From Pachysolen tannophilus NRRL Y-2460 (Eukaryota), in assembly GCA_001661245.1 (NCBI GenBank), contig KV454018.1, positions 501,944 through 565,943 of the forward strand: a stretch of DNA of 64,000 nucleotides. The letters run 5' to 3'. Shown here in pieces: positions 1 through 12,994 of the stretch (positions within the stretch are counted from its first letter, which is position 1; the number at the start of each line of letters is the position of its first letter). The position numbers were made by a program, and so were the translations under genes. The notes beneath the pieces were generated by a model, which was not told the origin of the DNA, ran no database searches, and was given only the letters and a program-made list of their open reading frames with translations.

Positions 1-1391
1 GAACCAATTGATATAATTGGTAATTGGTTATGTATATCATTTTCTAAACATAATTTGCAAGAATCCAATTTTTTAGAAATTTCTTTTAATTGTTCTAATT
101 TAGTTTCTTTTAAAGAAATTTTACCTTTATTCAAATTTTTTAACAATGAAGATGATGTATTTGAAAGATCATCATCTTGCTCATCTAAATCTGCAGAAAA
201 TTTTTTATTTTTAAAAATTGCCTTAATTTCATTCATTATTATTGATGAATTATTATCTGTCATCCTTTCCTCCAGAGCCATTTGTTCAATTGAAGTTTCA
301 TTGTCATCATTATTATCATGAAGATTGTTTATAATTTTGCGTTTCCGTAGAGAATTTCCAGAATTTTCATCTTTATCTATTATAGTGTCTTTTTGTTGTG
401 ATTTAAATGTATTCTCTAGTATTTTAAATTTCTTCTCCAATTCTTTTAAATCCAATGATTTCCGTAATTTTGCTCTAATTAATTCTGATTTCAGTTTATT
501 TAAATCAGATTGAGTCACCACCACCACCAGTTTTTCTTCTTCTTTTTGTTCTGCATCCTGTTCATCCTCATTAGCAATGCTCTGTGTATTATCACCAACA
601 AATTCTCTTTTATTATAGAAACTCCCATCAGGCTTTAATTTATAAGTTTTTCCAGGATTAATAAGACGATCATTTAATTCTTGTTCTTCTTCTCGAGCAA
701 TATCAAATTCAAGTAAATTTCCATATCTTTCTAACGCTATGATTTCAACAGGTTTTTTCAGTTCCTTTGCTTGATCATATATTCTTCTCAATTTCATCAT
801 CCTCCAACTAGACCCACTATCTCCAAACTCATAAGGTACATCGAATAATCTTGATTGAGACTTAGTTTTTGATTTTGTAACAGTTACAGAAGATTGTTTC
901 GATGATGGTACTGATTCTTTTAAACCCTTATCGTTTAAATTTTTTTCAATTACAAATCTATTTTCTTTCTTATCATTGCTGTCATATGTTGAAGCTTTAT
1001 TAAAAGAGAAATTTTCTTGTTTCCCAGTACTGATCATCCATTCATCTCTGGTTACATTTTTATTATTTTCCAAAATATCATTTTTTCCTTTTAATTGAAT
1101 AGCAGTACTTCCAGCCTCTATAAATTCATAATCGTCCATATCATCCTCCTCACTCTCAGATTCGTTTAACTCAGACTTTATTTTTTTACTTTTCTGTAAA
1201 TCTTGGTCTTCTTTAAGCCTATTATGGTGATGATGCCCATCTCCTCTACTTCTATTCTGCTCGTTCTTACGTTTATGTGATGAAGATGATGATAACTTTG
1301 AAGAGCTGGAATGACGCTTAGATTTCTCAAATTTCCTGTCACCATCAGAGGACTTAAATCTCAATTTCGTTGGCTTCCTCTCATCCACCAT
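1..1391 (-). CDS. cwf19: Cwf19/CWF19L2-like spliceosome-associated protein (5' part; runs off the left edge of the window)
   Basis: Translated by hand from ATG at 1391: MVDERKPTKLRFK..., RDEWMIS, YEFGDSGSSWRMMKLRRIYDQAKELKKPVEIIALERYGNLLEFDIAREEEQEL. This matches the GD.G.SWRM.KL...VE.IALER.G motif of Cwf19/CWF19L2. It is absent from the ORF track, consistent with the stop lying outside the window. Confidence 0.75.
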   Translation of the reverse strand, partial: MVDERKPTKLRFKSSDGDRKFEKSKRHSSSSKLSSSSSHKRKNEQNRSRGDGHHHHNRLKEDQDLQKSKKIKSELNESESEEDDMDDYEFIEAGSTAIQLKGKNDILENNKNVTRDEWMISTGKQENFSFNKASTYDSNDKKENRFVIEKNLNDKGLKESVPSSKQSSVTVTKSKTKSQSRLFDVPYEFGDSGSSWRMMKLRRIYDQAKELKKPVEIIALERYGNLLEFDIAREEEQELNDRLINPGKTYKLKPDGSFYNKREFVGDNTQSIANEDEQDAEQKEEEKLVVVVTQSDLNKLKSELIRAKLRKSLDLKELEKKFKILENTFKSQQKDTIIDKDENSGNSLRKRKIINNLHDNNDDNETSIEQMALEERMTDNNSSIIMNEIKAIFKNKKFSADLDEQDDDLSNTSSSLLKNLNKGKISLKETKLEQLKEISKKLDSCKLCLENDIHNQLPIISIG

Positions 1392-1557
1392 CTTCTAATC
1401 TGATGTTTTCTTTCCAATTAAAATATATAAATATAATATAATACAAATATTTTCTACTTTCTACTTTTTACTTTTTTTGTATGTAAATTTTCACTTTTTT
1501 ATACAATATAGTTATTTAAGAAGAAGAGATTATTAAACTAAAACAAACACATCAAGA

Positions 1558-2215
1558 ATGGGTAAATATTGGTGTAAGCACTGCTCTATAGTAAGTATTC
1601 ATTTAGTTTAGTTGTTTGATCTCATTTTTTTGCTTTTGCTTTCATTTGAATACTAACAGTTGTACCAAGTTTGTTGATGAAAATAAAATACAAAAATTAA
1701 GGCATGAAAGTTCTGGAAGGCATCAAAGAAATATATCTCATTTATTGAAGAGTCTTCATGAGAAGAATAAAAATGAAAAAAAAGATTTGAAACTTGCAAG
1801 AGAAGAACTTGAAAGAATTAATAGGGAAATAGGTGGTGAAATAAGTAATGATAAACCTAAAAAATTTATTAAAGTGCCCAAGAAAATTGATAAAGATAAT
1901 GAACAAGAGGAAAAATCTGGAGTTATAGGTAATTGGGAACCTACCACCAATTCAAGAGAAGAAGATACTTCTTCCAAAGATAAGGAAATAGTATCAAATT
2001 CAAAACAAGAGAAAGTAAAGACAATTGGGGAACAAGAGTTAAATGAATGGAATCTCAATAACGAAAAACCACTACTTCTTAGTAGTGATAGTGATAGTGA
2101 TGAAACTCAAAAACAAATACCACCAGTAATTAGAAAAAGAAGTCGGATAAAACCAGAAAGAGATGAAACATCTAGTACCAATATCAAGTTCAAGAAAAGA
2201 AAGATTTTAAAATAA
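1558..2215 (+). CDS. U1C/matrin-type C2H2 zinc-finger protein (WBP4/FBP21-like); 2 exons 1558-1590, 1670-2215
   Basis: ATG at 1558, GTAAGT at 1591, TACTAAC at 1651-1657, AAG acceptor ending 1669. The spliced product MGKYWCKHCSIFVDENKIQKLRHESSGRHQRNI restores a YWC..C...H.....H U1C-type finger. Confidence 0.75.
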
Positions 2216-2298
2216 ATAAAGAAATAATCAATTTTTGTAGATAATGTAACGTAGTATTACTAGTAGTAGTTGTGGCTCTTGAAGAAATGCAACCAAAA

Positions 2299-2353
2299 CG
2301 GCCAAGACGAATACGGCTAAGGTCAATCAATATGGCTTATCGGGATAAGATAA
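2299..2353 (+). promoter_or_regulatory. Clustered GATA sites and CGG direct repeats upstream of the dioxygenase gene
   Basis: CTTATC-GG-GATAAG inverted pair (2336-2349) plus an overlapping GATAA, and CGGCCAAG/CGGCTAAG just upstream. Function is inferred. Confidence 0.35.
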
Positions 2354-2493
2354 AATGAAATAAAATGAAATGAAATGAATTGAATTGAAATGAGATATAT
2401 TTTATAAAGACTATGATTACAAAATATTTTAATATTATTTATCAGATCTAGTTTTTAGTTATTGTTTTGTTGATTTAATATTACTATTGTAAA

Positions 2494-3687
2494 ATGTCAG
2501 ATAGTGTTACTTCGATTGAAGAATCAAATGCTCCAAAATATGTTGCTAGATTAGTTTTAAATTCCAAAAATTATGGGTTTGGTGAAAAGATCTTTGATAA
2601 GAATAAACCAGGTCAAAATTCTGTTGTTCCTCGTCAAATTATTAAAAACCCACAAGCATATGAAGAAGCTTCTAAAACTCCAAAAGTTGATAAATCTGTT
2701 TTTGAAAAATATGAGAGGCAATTTATTGATAATGGTCCATATAATGATTGGAGAGATGATTTAATTGAAAATGGATTTGCTGTAATTAAAGGAGCAATTC
2801 CAAAAGAAAGAGCTCAAGGTTATGAAAATGATATGCGTGATTGGATTAAATCTTTTAGTTATAGTCAATCTTTAGATTTCAATGATAGATCAACTTGGGT
2901 TGAATCTAATTTACCTTCACATATGCCAAATAATATTTATGCTTTATATTGTTCTTCTCATGAGAAATTTATGTGGGATGCTAGACAAGAAGAAGGAGTT
3001 ATAGATACATTTGCTAAAATTTGGGGGACAAGAAAATTATTAGTTTCATTTGATGCTTTTAATTTTGGTTTACCTAATCGATCAGATGTTCCTGAACCTC
3101 AACCATGGCCACATATCGATCAATCTCCTTTTAAAAGAGGAATCCAATGTATTCAAGGTATTATTAACTTGAGTGATGCATCAAATGAAAATGATGGTAG
3201 TTTAGTGGTTTATAAAGGTTCTCATAAATTGTTAGACCAATTTTTAGATACTCAAACTGATAAATCTGAATGGAAAATTAAAGATTCTTATATATTCACT
3301 TCTGATGAATTAAAATGGTTCCTAGAAAAAGGATGCCAGGAAATTAAAGTTAAAGCTGAACCTGGTGATGTTATTGTTTGGGATTCAAGAACAGTCCATT
3401 ATGGAGGTGCTCAACAAGAAGGTTCAAACCAAATTAGATCAGTAATTTATGCTTCTTATAGCCCAAAAGATTTTGCTACAGAACAAACATTAGAAAGAAA
3501 GAAAAAAGTATTCAATCAATGGCAAGGTACAACACATTGGGCTCATGATAATATTGTCATGAGAGATAATGTCCCATTATTGGCCAATTATGAAATTGAT
3601 CCAGAAGATAGATCTGAACCTAGAATAAAACCAGAAATAACACAAAAATTATTAAGATTGGCTGGCCTGATCCCTTACGATGAATAA
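2494..3687 (+). CDS. Phytanoyl-CoA dioxygenase (PhyH)-family Fe(II)/2-oxoglutarate dioxygenase
   Basis: 397-aa ORF with WPHIDQSP (HxD), IQGIINL, DGSLVVYKGSH and GDVIVWDSRTVHYG (distal His). Confidence 0.8.
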   Translation: MSDSVTSIEESNAPKYVARLVLNSKNYGFGEKIFDKNKPGQNSVVPRQIIKNPQAYEEASKTPKVDKSVFEKYERQFIDNGPYNDWRDDLIENGFAVIKGAIPKERAQGYENDMRDWIKSFSYSQSLDFNDRSTWVESNLPSHMPNNIYALYCSSHEKFMWDARQEEGVIDTFAKIWGTRKLLVSFDAFNFGLPNRSDVPEPQPWPHIDQSPFKRGIQCIQGIINLSDASNENDGSLVVYKGSHKLLDQFLDTQTDKSEWKIKDSYIFTSDELKWFLEKGCQEIKVKAEPGDVIVWDSRTVHYGGAQQEGSNQIRSVIYASYSPKDFATEQTLERKKKVFNQWQGTTHWAHDNIVMRDNVPLLANYEIDPEDRSEPRIKPEITQKLLRLAGLIPYDE

Positions 3688-4133
3688 CTCCCCATATAGT
3701 TTCTTTATCAATTGATTCCTCTTTTATAGTTTCTTCTTTTAATAATAATTATAATTCGTTTCTTTTATTAAAGTATTTATTACCAGAAATCTGTGAAACC
3801 TCCAGAAAATAAATAAATAAATAAATAAAAAAAAGGTAAACAAAAAATTATCAAGACAAAAAGTAGATTTAAAATATTTTTTTAATATTATAATTATATT
3901 TATTAATTAATTAATTAATTTATCATAAATCGGCTTTTGGTGCTTTCTTGGCCACAGCGCTTATTGATTGGTTTAAAGGTAGAAGATATAAAAGGTATTG
4001 GTGTTTAAAACTTTTTTTATATTGTGTTTCTTTACTTTGTAATTTATATTTTATATTTTACTTTTTATCAATTTAAAACAAGGAAGAAACCACAAATGCG
4101 TATTTCAATGTTAGCCGCCCATATAAATGCAAA

Positions 4134-6479
4134 ATGAATGATATGAATAATGAGAGCAGCATGGCCGACTGGGGGATAGATGCCGTTGCCATTGATCAAG
4201 TTTGTGATGACTCGAATACTTTGGTTTATAATGGTGGTCGTTATAACCATCTTTACTTTCAAGATCCATATTATACTACTAGTAATAGCGCTACTCCTCG
4301 TTTGGTACAATTTCCAATTCATGGTAATAATAATAAAAATTTAGGTGTATATCCTTTGCTGTTTTCAAAAGAAAGTGAGATTGATGAGGTTGGTATTGGT
4401 ATAGGATTGGGATATCATCCTAGTAGCACTAATATATCGTTGAATGGTTCAACTCCTATAATACCCGGTAGATCTCAAATAATACGACAAGACGAAAATA
4501 AGATTTCAATTGAAGAACAAAAAAATTTATTAAATATTAATGAATATGGGATAAGTTTAAATTCTTCAACACGTAAAAATTTTAATTCTATTAAGATTAA
4601 TTATAGAACATTAAGCAAAATGATGAAAAATTTAAATTTCTATCAAGATTCGATAAAAGATTTTTATGATCATTTAAATTATTCTATTATAACTTCTCAT
4701 TTGATTGATAATGATGTAACTTTAATTCAAGCTCATGATAAGGAAATGTTACATAATCCAAAAAAATTAATTAAATCAACATTATTACCAGTGATACTAA
4801 ATGATTATAATATTAGTATTTATAGGCCAGTCAGTGAAATCAGAGTCTTACTTTTATCCATATATTTAATCAATTATTTGGCTAAAAATCATCAAAATAA
4901 TAATAAATATTTATTGATGGTAATAATATCAATTTTACGTTGGTATTATAATTTAAAAGATATGATTTTAAAATTAAAGATTAACAAAATATTAAATAAA
5001 TTTGATAATGAAATATTAGTAGAATTTTCAAAAATTGATAAAATGAATTTAAAATTTTTAAAAATAATGAAATTAAATGATTATGGACAGCAAACTAATA
5101 ATATTTTTCCATCAAATACAAGCTCAAGTTTTATTGAAAATTTGAATAATAATTTAAAAATTCAACAAAACAATAACTTTTCTAGTCATTCAAGGAAAAA
5201 AAATAACATTCCATACGCCCAATTTTTGAGTATGAAAAATTCCATTAGTTTAATGATATCTTCATTTAACGAAAAAATAAAATTTTTGTTGATAAATAAA
5301 TTAGTGAATCCGATTTATTTGAAAAAATATTTGGAAATATATAAAATTGATTTGCTCAGCAATAATAAGGACTTGAAGTTTTTATGGTTATTGAACTATT
5401 GCAATATAGATGCAGTGTCGAAATCATCTTATCATAATTTTGAAAAAAACATTTCAGATACTTTATCATTTTCTTCATCTAGCGATGAAGAAGAAAGAAT
5501 CATGAAGAAAAAAGATTTAAGACCATTGAAGTTAAGAAGTTTCAGTAACCAACATGTTGATCTAACTCAAGATCATACTTTTAGCCATACTGAAAGTAAA
5601 AATAATATTGATAATAGATCTCAGCAAATAAATAACAATCGAAATACTACAATTGTTGAAAACCATAAAGTTAAAGAGATTTATAGACTATTTAAAGATT
5701 ATCATTTAATAAGAACTTTATTTTTATGTTGTTTACTTACCTTAAATGAATCAACAGTTACTGATTATACAAATGAGAATTCTAAATTGTTTGTCAAAAT
5801 TTTATATAAGAGATTTAATTTAAATATTGACGTACATCATAAACTTTTCATCAAGCAGGAATTGAAACTTACCATTATTTTGAAAATTTTAAATGGCTTA
5901 GTCAATTTGGTGAAGTTACTAAACAATGAAATTCCAAAAAGTTCAAACTCTGTTGATAGTATAAAATTGAATTATTACGAACAAAAACAACTTTTGAATG
6001 AACAAGAGAAGGGAGACTCACATCAAGAAGCTTTAGGTGAAATTATCAATGACATGGATAGGATAAGCAGCTACTTGCAATTTCAAAATTTAGATGTGAA
6101 GAATTCTCATGGCTATAAAAATAATTATTATCACTTAAAGAAAATAGGTGAGGATTTAAAAGGGTTATTAGACACATACTATAAATACTGTGAATCGATA
6201 AAAGATGAAGACGATGGAAAAACGATACTTCCAAATTTAAACGATGTCCTTTATATAAAGAAAAGAGGTTCGCTACCATCAAAGGTTAAAAATGAGGATA
6301 GAGCAAGGTCGAGCACTGGTTTGTCCTTTAATTTATTGAAAGTTTTTGAAGATGAGTCTAAAGTCAAATATCAGGAAACTCTGTTTTCTTCTTTCGATGG
6401 TAATGATATCAAATTTGACAATGATGAAAAAGTAATACTTTACAAGCACGAGCAGGAAACTTGTAAAATAAGAGAAACA

Positions 6480-6540
<61 letters not shown>

Positions 6541-6914
6541 GTATTAATAATAATAGTATTAATAATAATCATGATCATGATGATTCGGATTCGTTTATAA
6601 TCCATGAAATTCCGCAATCAACGTTTTTCAATGCACCTATGGAAAATGAAACCAAACTAAGGGATGGTTTTGAAGAGTTGTATATGGAGAACCATGAGGG
6701 CGAACAATTTACTGACGATAACAAATTGAATCCGGAAGAATTGAGGTCAAAACTTTGTAAGACTTTGCAAAATATTTATGGTGGGGAAAAAAGCGAAATA
6801 AATAATAACGACAAAGTTAATGAAGATCAAGGAATAATTGATTTTAAAAACAGTGATGCTTTAATGGAAAAGAATTTACTAATAGGGGAATTAAAAAATG
6901 TTTTAAATGGATGA
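4134..6914 (+). CDS. Probable Inp2/vezatin-like myosin-binding peroxisome inheritance protein, Asn-rich
   Basis: 926-aa ORF. FYDHLNYSIITSHLI and RTLFLCCLLTL resemble conserved blocks of the fungal vezatin/Inp2 domain, with hydrophobic stretches near aa 235-270. The family call is from recalled motifs only. Confidence 0.45.
6479..6570 (+). repeat. (AAT)n microsatellite encoding poly-Asn
   Basis: About 20 perfect AAT units plus degenerate AGTATT(AAT)n units, in frame within ORF 4134-6914. Confidence 0.9.
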
Positions 6915-7035
6915 AAAGGGTTTTAGATATATATGCTTTTAGTTGTAGGTAATTAATAATATTAATACTAATTCTTCTAATACAAAAGTACTAAAAAAAA
7001 ATAATAGGTTAAACGATAAAAAGTGTTATACAGTT

Positions 7036-10000
7036 CTATACATCCTTTTCTTTATTGGAAGGGTTTTCCCCGGAAGAAGCAACAGCTGCCAAAGCATCTA
7101 ATGACGATGAAAACATATGTTGTCCTTTCTGCTGCTGCTGCTGTTGTTGTTGTGTACTACTTTCATTCATAGGGTTTAATATCCTATCTAAGGGACTTCC
7201 ATACTGTTGTGACTGAGAAGCACCATTGCTGTAAGATGGCAGTGAATGAGGAGGAGGGTCATTTAACAAACTCAGAATCGATGTTCTCGAAGTATTAGTA
7301 CCAGATGGAGGAGTTGGACTCTTTCTGAAATGTTGATGTTGTTGCTGCATAGGAGGGTTTATGAGGTTTGATATTTTTGGTAACTCTGTCTTCCGCTCTT
7401 CATCATTCAACAATGGTCTAATGGAATGAGGAATATGATGAGAAGGTTGTTGTTGAGATAACGGTGGAGATGAATCGTTATGGATAGGAATACCCATTTC
7501 TACCAATGACGGAAGAGAAGAACGCTCATTTTCATTAGTTGTAGTATGGTGCTGAATTTTGACAGTCGCTTCTGGAATTGACATATTTGGAGACACAGGG
7601 TACCCCAGAGATGACAGACTATTACTTAAATAACCAGCTTCTTTTAGAGTAGAACTATCGCCTTCAAACTTTGGTATATTTTCATGTCTTTTCCTATCTG
7701 CTTCTTCAGCAATTTCAACCCATCTGTTAACTGGATCGCTCTGCTTATGAAAATAATTTCTCACCATAGTTGTAGACTTCGTTTTTAACTCCTGTGCAAT
7801 TAAGCTCCACTGAGTACCATATTTTGCTAATAAATTTGGAAATTCATTTGCATCGTGGATACTCCAATAACTTGTCTTTATTAATGGTTTTTCCTTTTTA
7901 ATTATTCTATTATCATTTTGTTGCTTTTGATCAACGGCTTGGGACGCGTAATTCCGTAAGAGTTCCAATTGATGAGCGGCATCTTCAGCATCATGCTTAT
8001 TATTAACTACTCCTTCTTTTATTTCACTAGTATCAACTTCAGCTTCAACTTCAGTGACTTCTTTGGTTTTCTTTCTAGGACCACGTTGCTTCTTCTTTGG
8101 TGGTTCCTCGGTAGTTTCAATGTTGCTATCACTATCCTCTTTCTGAGTCTTGAATTCAACTTTTTTGGTAGTTATCTGCTTTTCAGTTCCGTCAGTTGAG
8201 TTGAATGTAGGTGCTGCTGCCCTTTTGCGTCTTCCTGTGTCTGTGTATAGCTGCTCCAGCTCTAAATCTTGATCCTCTTTGGACAGAAGTTCCTCTTCTC
8301 CTACTTCTGCTTCTTGTTGTTCTGTTTGTAATTTTTCCAGCTCCACATGTTTAGTTGGTTCTGAAATTACTGCATTTTTTTCACTTTCGACTTCATCTTC
8401 AGGAACCGGTGTAGATAAAGAGGAAGAATTATTTCTTTGTATATTCAAACGTGATTTTGATCCTTTTCCTTTACTACGAGTATTTGATCTTCTTACAACT
8501 CTTTTGTTTCTATTAGCAACTAACTGCTTATAATTCATCGTTCGCTTTGTTCTGTAATAGTGTAACACACATTCTTCGGCTGTTCTTCTATTATACATCA
8601 GTTGCGATATACGTCCGAATCTTTTAGGAAATGAAGCATATGCTTCGCAAAACAGTTCATGCTCCAGCTTCGTAAAATTATCAACTGGATCCGTCTCTAT
8701 TCTCAGACACCATTTAAAATGGTCGGTTACAAGATTGTTGGTATCCAAGAATTTGAAATTGTTCCTTTCTACAGGATCTAAAATCATATCAGGTATCTTA
8801 GCAGCTAATTTTTGAGCACGATACAAAGGATCTTCCTCACGTTCTCTTTCCAAAGATTGTAAGATCTCTAAAAACTCTGCTTCGGTCCTTACCAAATCAC
8901 CATGATGACGACCTCTGCGATTGGATCTTGATTCCGATTGATCCTCATTTACATCTTTTCCATGGATCTCATTCTGCTCAATTGAGTTATTGACCCTATT
9001 TGGATATAATTTTCGCAACTGTTCTTCCATTTTGCTCGTATTCTTGTGCCATATTAAATCTAATTCGTGAAACTTCTTATGTAATCTATGTTTTTTGGCA
9101 AAAATTTTCTTTTTAAATACAGTCAAATTTTTGGACAATTTATGATGAAGAGCTTGATTATGAACTAAAATGTTATTTTGGAAAAAAGGATACTCAATTA
9201 AACTTTTAATTGGTCTAGCCAATAAATATGGTGAAGACTTGCGAACTTTTGATTTGCTTGTTTTCTTTAAATTATAAAATGCAGTGTCCAATCTATTCAT
9301 TGGGAAGATATAACCTTCTTCATTAGAAAGATAATTTTCATCATCATCATCCATCTCTCCAGTTCCGTATTGAATATCTTTTCTTATAGAAGAAATCAAT
9401 GTTGACGGCTTCCCAATTTTTATAGTATTCGATAAATCATCAACTAATTCTTCTGGGGTGTTAACTGACATTATATCCGTTAGAGTAGAAGCTGTCTTTG
9501 GCTCTTCCTTAGAAAGATTGGTAAAGTTTTCTAATTTTGCTTCTTCTATTTCTTCCTTGGTTTCAGGTTCCTTAAAACCTGAATCAAATTCTGTATTTAC
9601 ATGATTCTCTGCCAAGTCGGAAATTTCCAGTTCTTTAACATTAATTTTTTGTTCTTCTCCTTCTTCTTTTTCTCCTTCTACTTCTTCTTCCTTTTCCTCT
9701 TCTACTTCTTTTTCTTTTTCTTGAGCAGCATCACCAGAGATTTTATGATTATCCAATGAAGATGAGGAAATATTGACTTTTTCTGTCTCTGCTTCTCCAT
9801 TTGTTTTTACATTTTCTTCTGTTTCAGCTAAAAGGTTAAGTGATACGGTTGGCACATCACTTGTTTCCTTGTCTGGTGTGATTTTCTTTTCATTACTTGA
9901 ACTCTCTATCGGGGCATTGGTAATTGTAGGGGATTGATTAATTTTTTTTTCGGCTTCTTTTTCTATAAATTTTTCAGCCTTTTCAGATATCGAAGACGTA

Positions 10001-10319
10001 TTATTTTCCATTACAGGTGAAGTTGAAGGTCTTATTACAACTGCTGCTTTAAAATTTAACTCTGTTCCATGTAATTCTTCTTTTTGTTTAAAATCAGTTT
10101 CCTTTGAAGATGAATCATTTTGTTCATGATCTTCACCTTGAATTTTATCATCTAGCCTATCACTGATCTGTTCTTTAGTATTTGTTGCAGTTGGTGATAA
10201 AGATTTAGTTTTCGTAATAGCGTTCAGTATTGTACTTTCTTTTTGGGTAACAGTTTTAATCGGTAATTTATCTCCATCATAAATCAAATCAACATCACCG
10301 CTATCATTATTAGCATTCC

Positions 10320-10368
<49 letters not shown>

Positions 10369-11362
10369 TGCTGCTGCTGCTGCTGAGTAAGAGTTTTTTC
10401 TATGTGACAGTAGCTGTTGGTATCTTGAGTCATTGGAATATAATTTTCTTTGGTCATTATAATCAAGCGATGGGTGTTCATTATTGTAATATTTTGATGA
10501 TGATGAAGATGATGATGATAACGGTCTATTATTATTGAACTTGTTGAATCTTGATTTAAAATAAGGTTTTTCTGATCCATAATAAGATGAAGACCAATTT
10601 TTAGATCTTGTGTCATCCATATTTTTATTCACTATAAAATCACCATTTTTATTATTGTTATTTACATGATCAGATCTATTATACTGATTACCATATGAAG
10701 GACCATATGAACGATGACGACGGATCAGTGTGGGTATTTGCGATCCTCCTGATGATGATTGCTGGTGGTGAGAATCATGGTAACGATAAGAGTGGTTATT
10801 ATGGTTGTTATCATCTACAGATGAATAGTAAACATCGGATGATGGATGTCTATTTATTGATGTTGTTGATTGTGATCGATGTACATTATGGGGAGCAGTT
10901 GTACCGGATAATGACGATGGTTTATATGAAGAAGAAGTTGCTGTGGATGATGACATTGGCGGCAGTTGTCTATTATATTTACTAGACCCAGATAATGATT
11001 GATATGGTCTTGAACCAGCTCCAAGAGATGAATAAGGCTTTGAAGACGACGAATATCTACCATTACCTAAACCTGAAACAGAATTTGAAGCTTCATTATT
11101 ATAGCCGCCGCTTTCATTAGCTGAAGTCCTCCTACTACTATAGCCACTAGCATACATATCATTGGAAGATTGAACGGCATGATCACCAATTCTATTATAC
11201 GAATTATTACTATTATAATAATGTCTCAGTCCCCTTGAATCAAACCCTGTTGAGCTATTCTTCTTCCATGAACCGCCATTATATGAGGATGATTCATCTG
11301 TATATTTCCTTGTTGTTGTTGATGATGATGATGGTCTTGTTCCATGACTAATACTATTGTTA

Positions 11363-11394
<32 letters not shown>

Positions 11395-11445
11395 GCTGTC
11401 ACTATTGCCTTCATACACCGAAGATGAACCGGTTTTTTCAGACAT
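7036..11445 (-). CDS. SNT1: Set3C histone deacetylase complex subunit Snt1 (two SANT domains)
   Basis: GDLVRTEAEFLEIL, AAKIPDMILDPV, SANT1 FPKRFGRIS...EECVLHYYRTK, YTDTGRRKRAAAP, SANT2 TSYWSIHDANEFPNLLAKYGTQW...KSTTMVRNYF. It lies next to RPS14, as SNT1 and RPS14A are near-neighbours in S. cerevisiae. Confidence 0.9.
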
Positions 11446-11576
11446 CTCAAGAATAAACCGTTCTTGATAATGACAATAGATTCAATGACGATAATATATA
11501 CAAAAATTATTCTATTGAATTGAAAGCACAATTGAATCTATTTTCAATAATTATAACGAAAATATAAACATTTTTA

Positions 11577-11616
<40 letters not shown>

Positions 11617-12014
11617 AAACTTTCTGGGGTGTTTTCGATTAAAAAAAAAGTGTTCGAAATTTCGCCTTAAATTTAGTAGTAAAACCAGGGCTGTTTGGAT
11701 TGGGAATAGTTTCTCTCATTTTAAAATTGAAGGAAAAGAAAGAGGTTTAGTTCATTATAAAGAGGAGTAAATTAGAGATAATGATGGTGTAGAAGGTTAA
11801 AATTTCTCTTCTTGTGGAAGAGATGGTTATTATATATAAAAATTAAAAATGTTATTATATTTTTTTTTCCGCTTTTATATGCTAAACACTTTTAGTTAGA
11901 AAGCAAATTACAAAAAAGTAAGAAAGAAAAGAAAAGAAAAAAGAAAAAAAAAGAATAATACAAGAGTAACTGATTTCCCCTTCTTTTTTCCTTGTCTCTG
12001 TTCTCTCCAACTCT

Positions 12015-12786
12015 TTAACGACGACGACCTCTTCTACCACCCTTCTTTCTGGTAGAATCGGAAGGAACTGGGGTAACATCTTCAATACGACCAATTCTTA
12101 AACCTGATCTAGCTAAAGCTCTTAAAGCAGATTGACCACCTGGACCTGGGGTTTTTGTGTGGGTACCTCCAGTAGCTCTAATCTTGACATGGACTGCAGT
12201 GATACCAACTTCTTTACATTTGGCAGCAACATCTTGGGCAGCCAACATGGCAGCGTATGGAGAAGATTCATCTCTATCAGCCTTAACTTTCATACCACCA
12301 GTGACTCTGGCAATGGTTTCCTTACCGGATAAATCAGTTACATGAACAAAAGTATCGTTAAATGAGGCAAAAATTCTGGCAACACCAAATACTTGTGGGC
12401 CATCACGGGACTGTGGTCCAAGTGTAACGTTTTCTATAAAATATTAAAGAAAATGAAAAAAGTTAGTATTAAACATGAAAAAAGAGAAAAAAAAATTTTT
12501 TTTTCTTTTAAAATGACAAATAAAGTTATTTGAAGTAAAGAAACTAATCCAGTAATCCTGTTAATTCCCGTTGAATTAGATAATATATTTAAAATAATTA
12601 TAGATCCTAATAACAATAATTGATTCAAAAATTTTTTTTTCAGTGTGAAAAAAAAAAACAGAACAAAGAACAAAGAACAAAATATTGAAAAAGGTTCTTA
12701 ATTTCTTTTTGTAATAACAACTGGATAGTTCCTCACTCCAAATAACTCTTTTGTTCTCTCAAATATATTAACATACGTGGAGCCAT
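12015..12786 (-). CDS. RPS14: 40S ribosomal protein uS11/S14; exons 12786-12777 and 12433-12015
   Basis: ATG GCT CCA C|GTATGT donor at 12776, TACTAAC near 12462-12468, TAG acceptor at 12434. Product [43 protein letters not shown]...GGRRGRRR. Confidence 0.97.
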
Positions 12787-12994
12787 ATTCTATTATACTT
12801 ATTTTCCTAAAACTTTTATGGATTAAAGAAATGGGAAGAAGACTCTTTTTTGTATGTAGTATGTATATTTCTTCATCAATTTGAAAACTTCTTTTTCTCT
12901 TTTTTTTTTTTTCACAATTTTTTCCTCTTCTCAAAATTGTGTAAGGATGTTTCTAGAAAATTGAGAAAAACAAAGAGAAAACAAAGAGAAACAA

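Noticed and set aside
55..513. Short plus-strand ORFs here and similar antisense ORFs elsewhere
   Set aside because: Shadows of real genes on the opposite strand.
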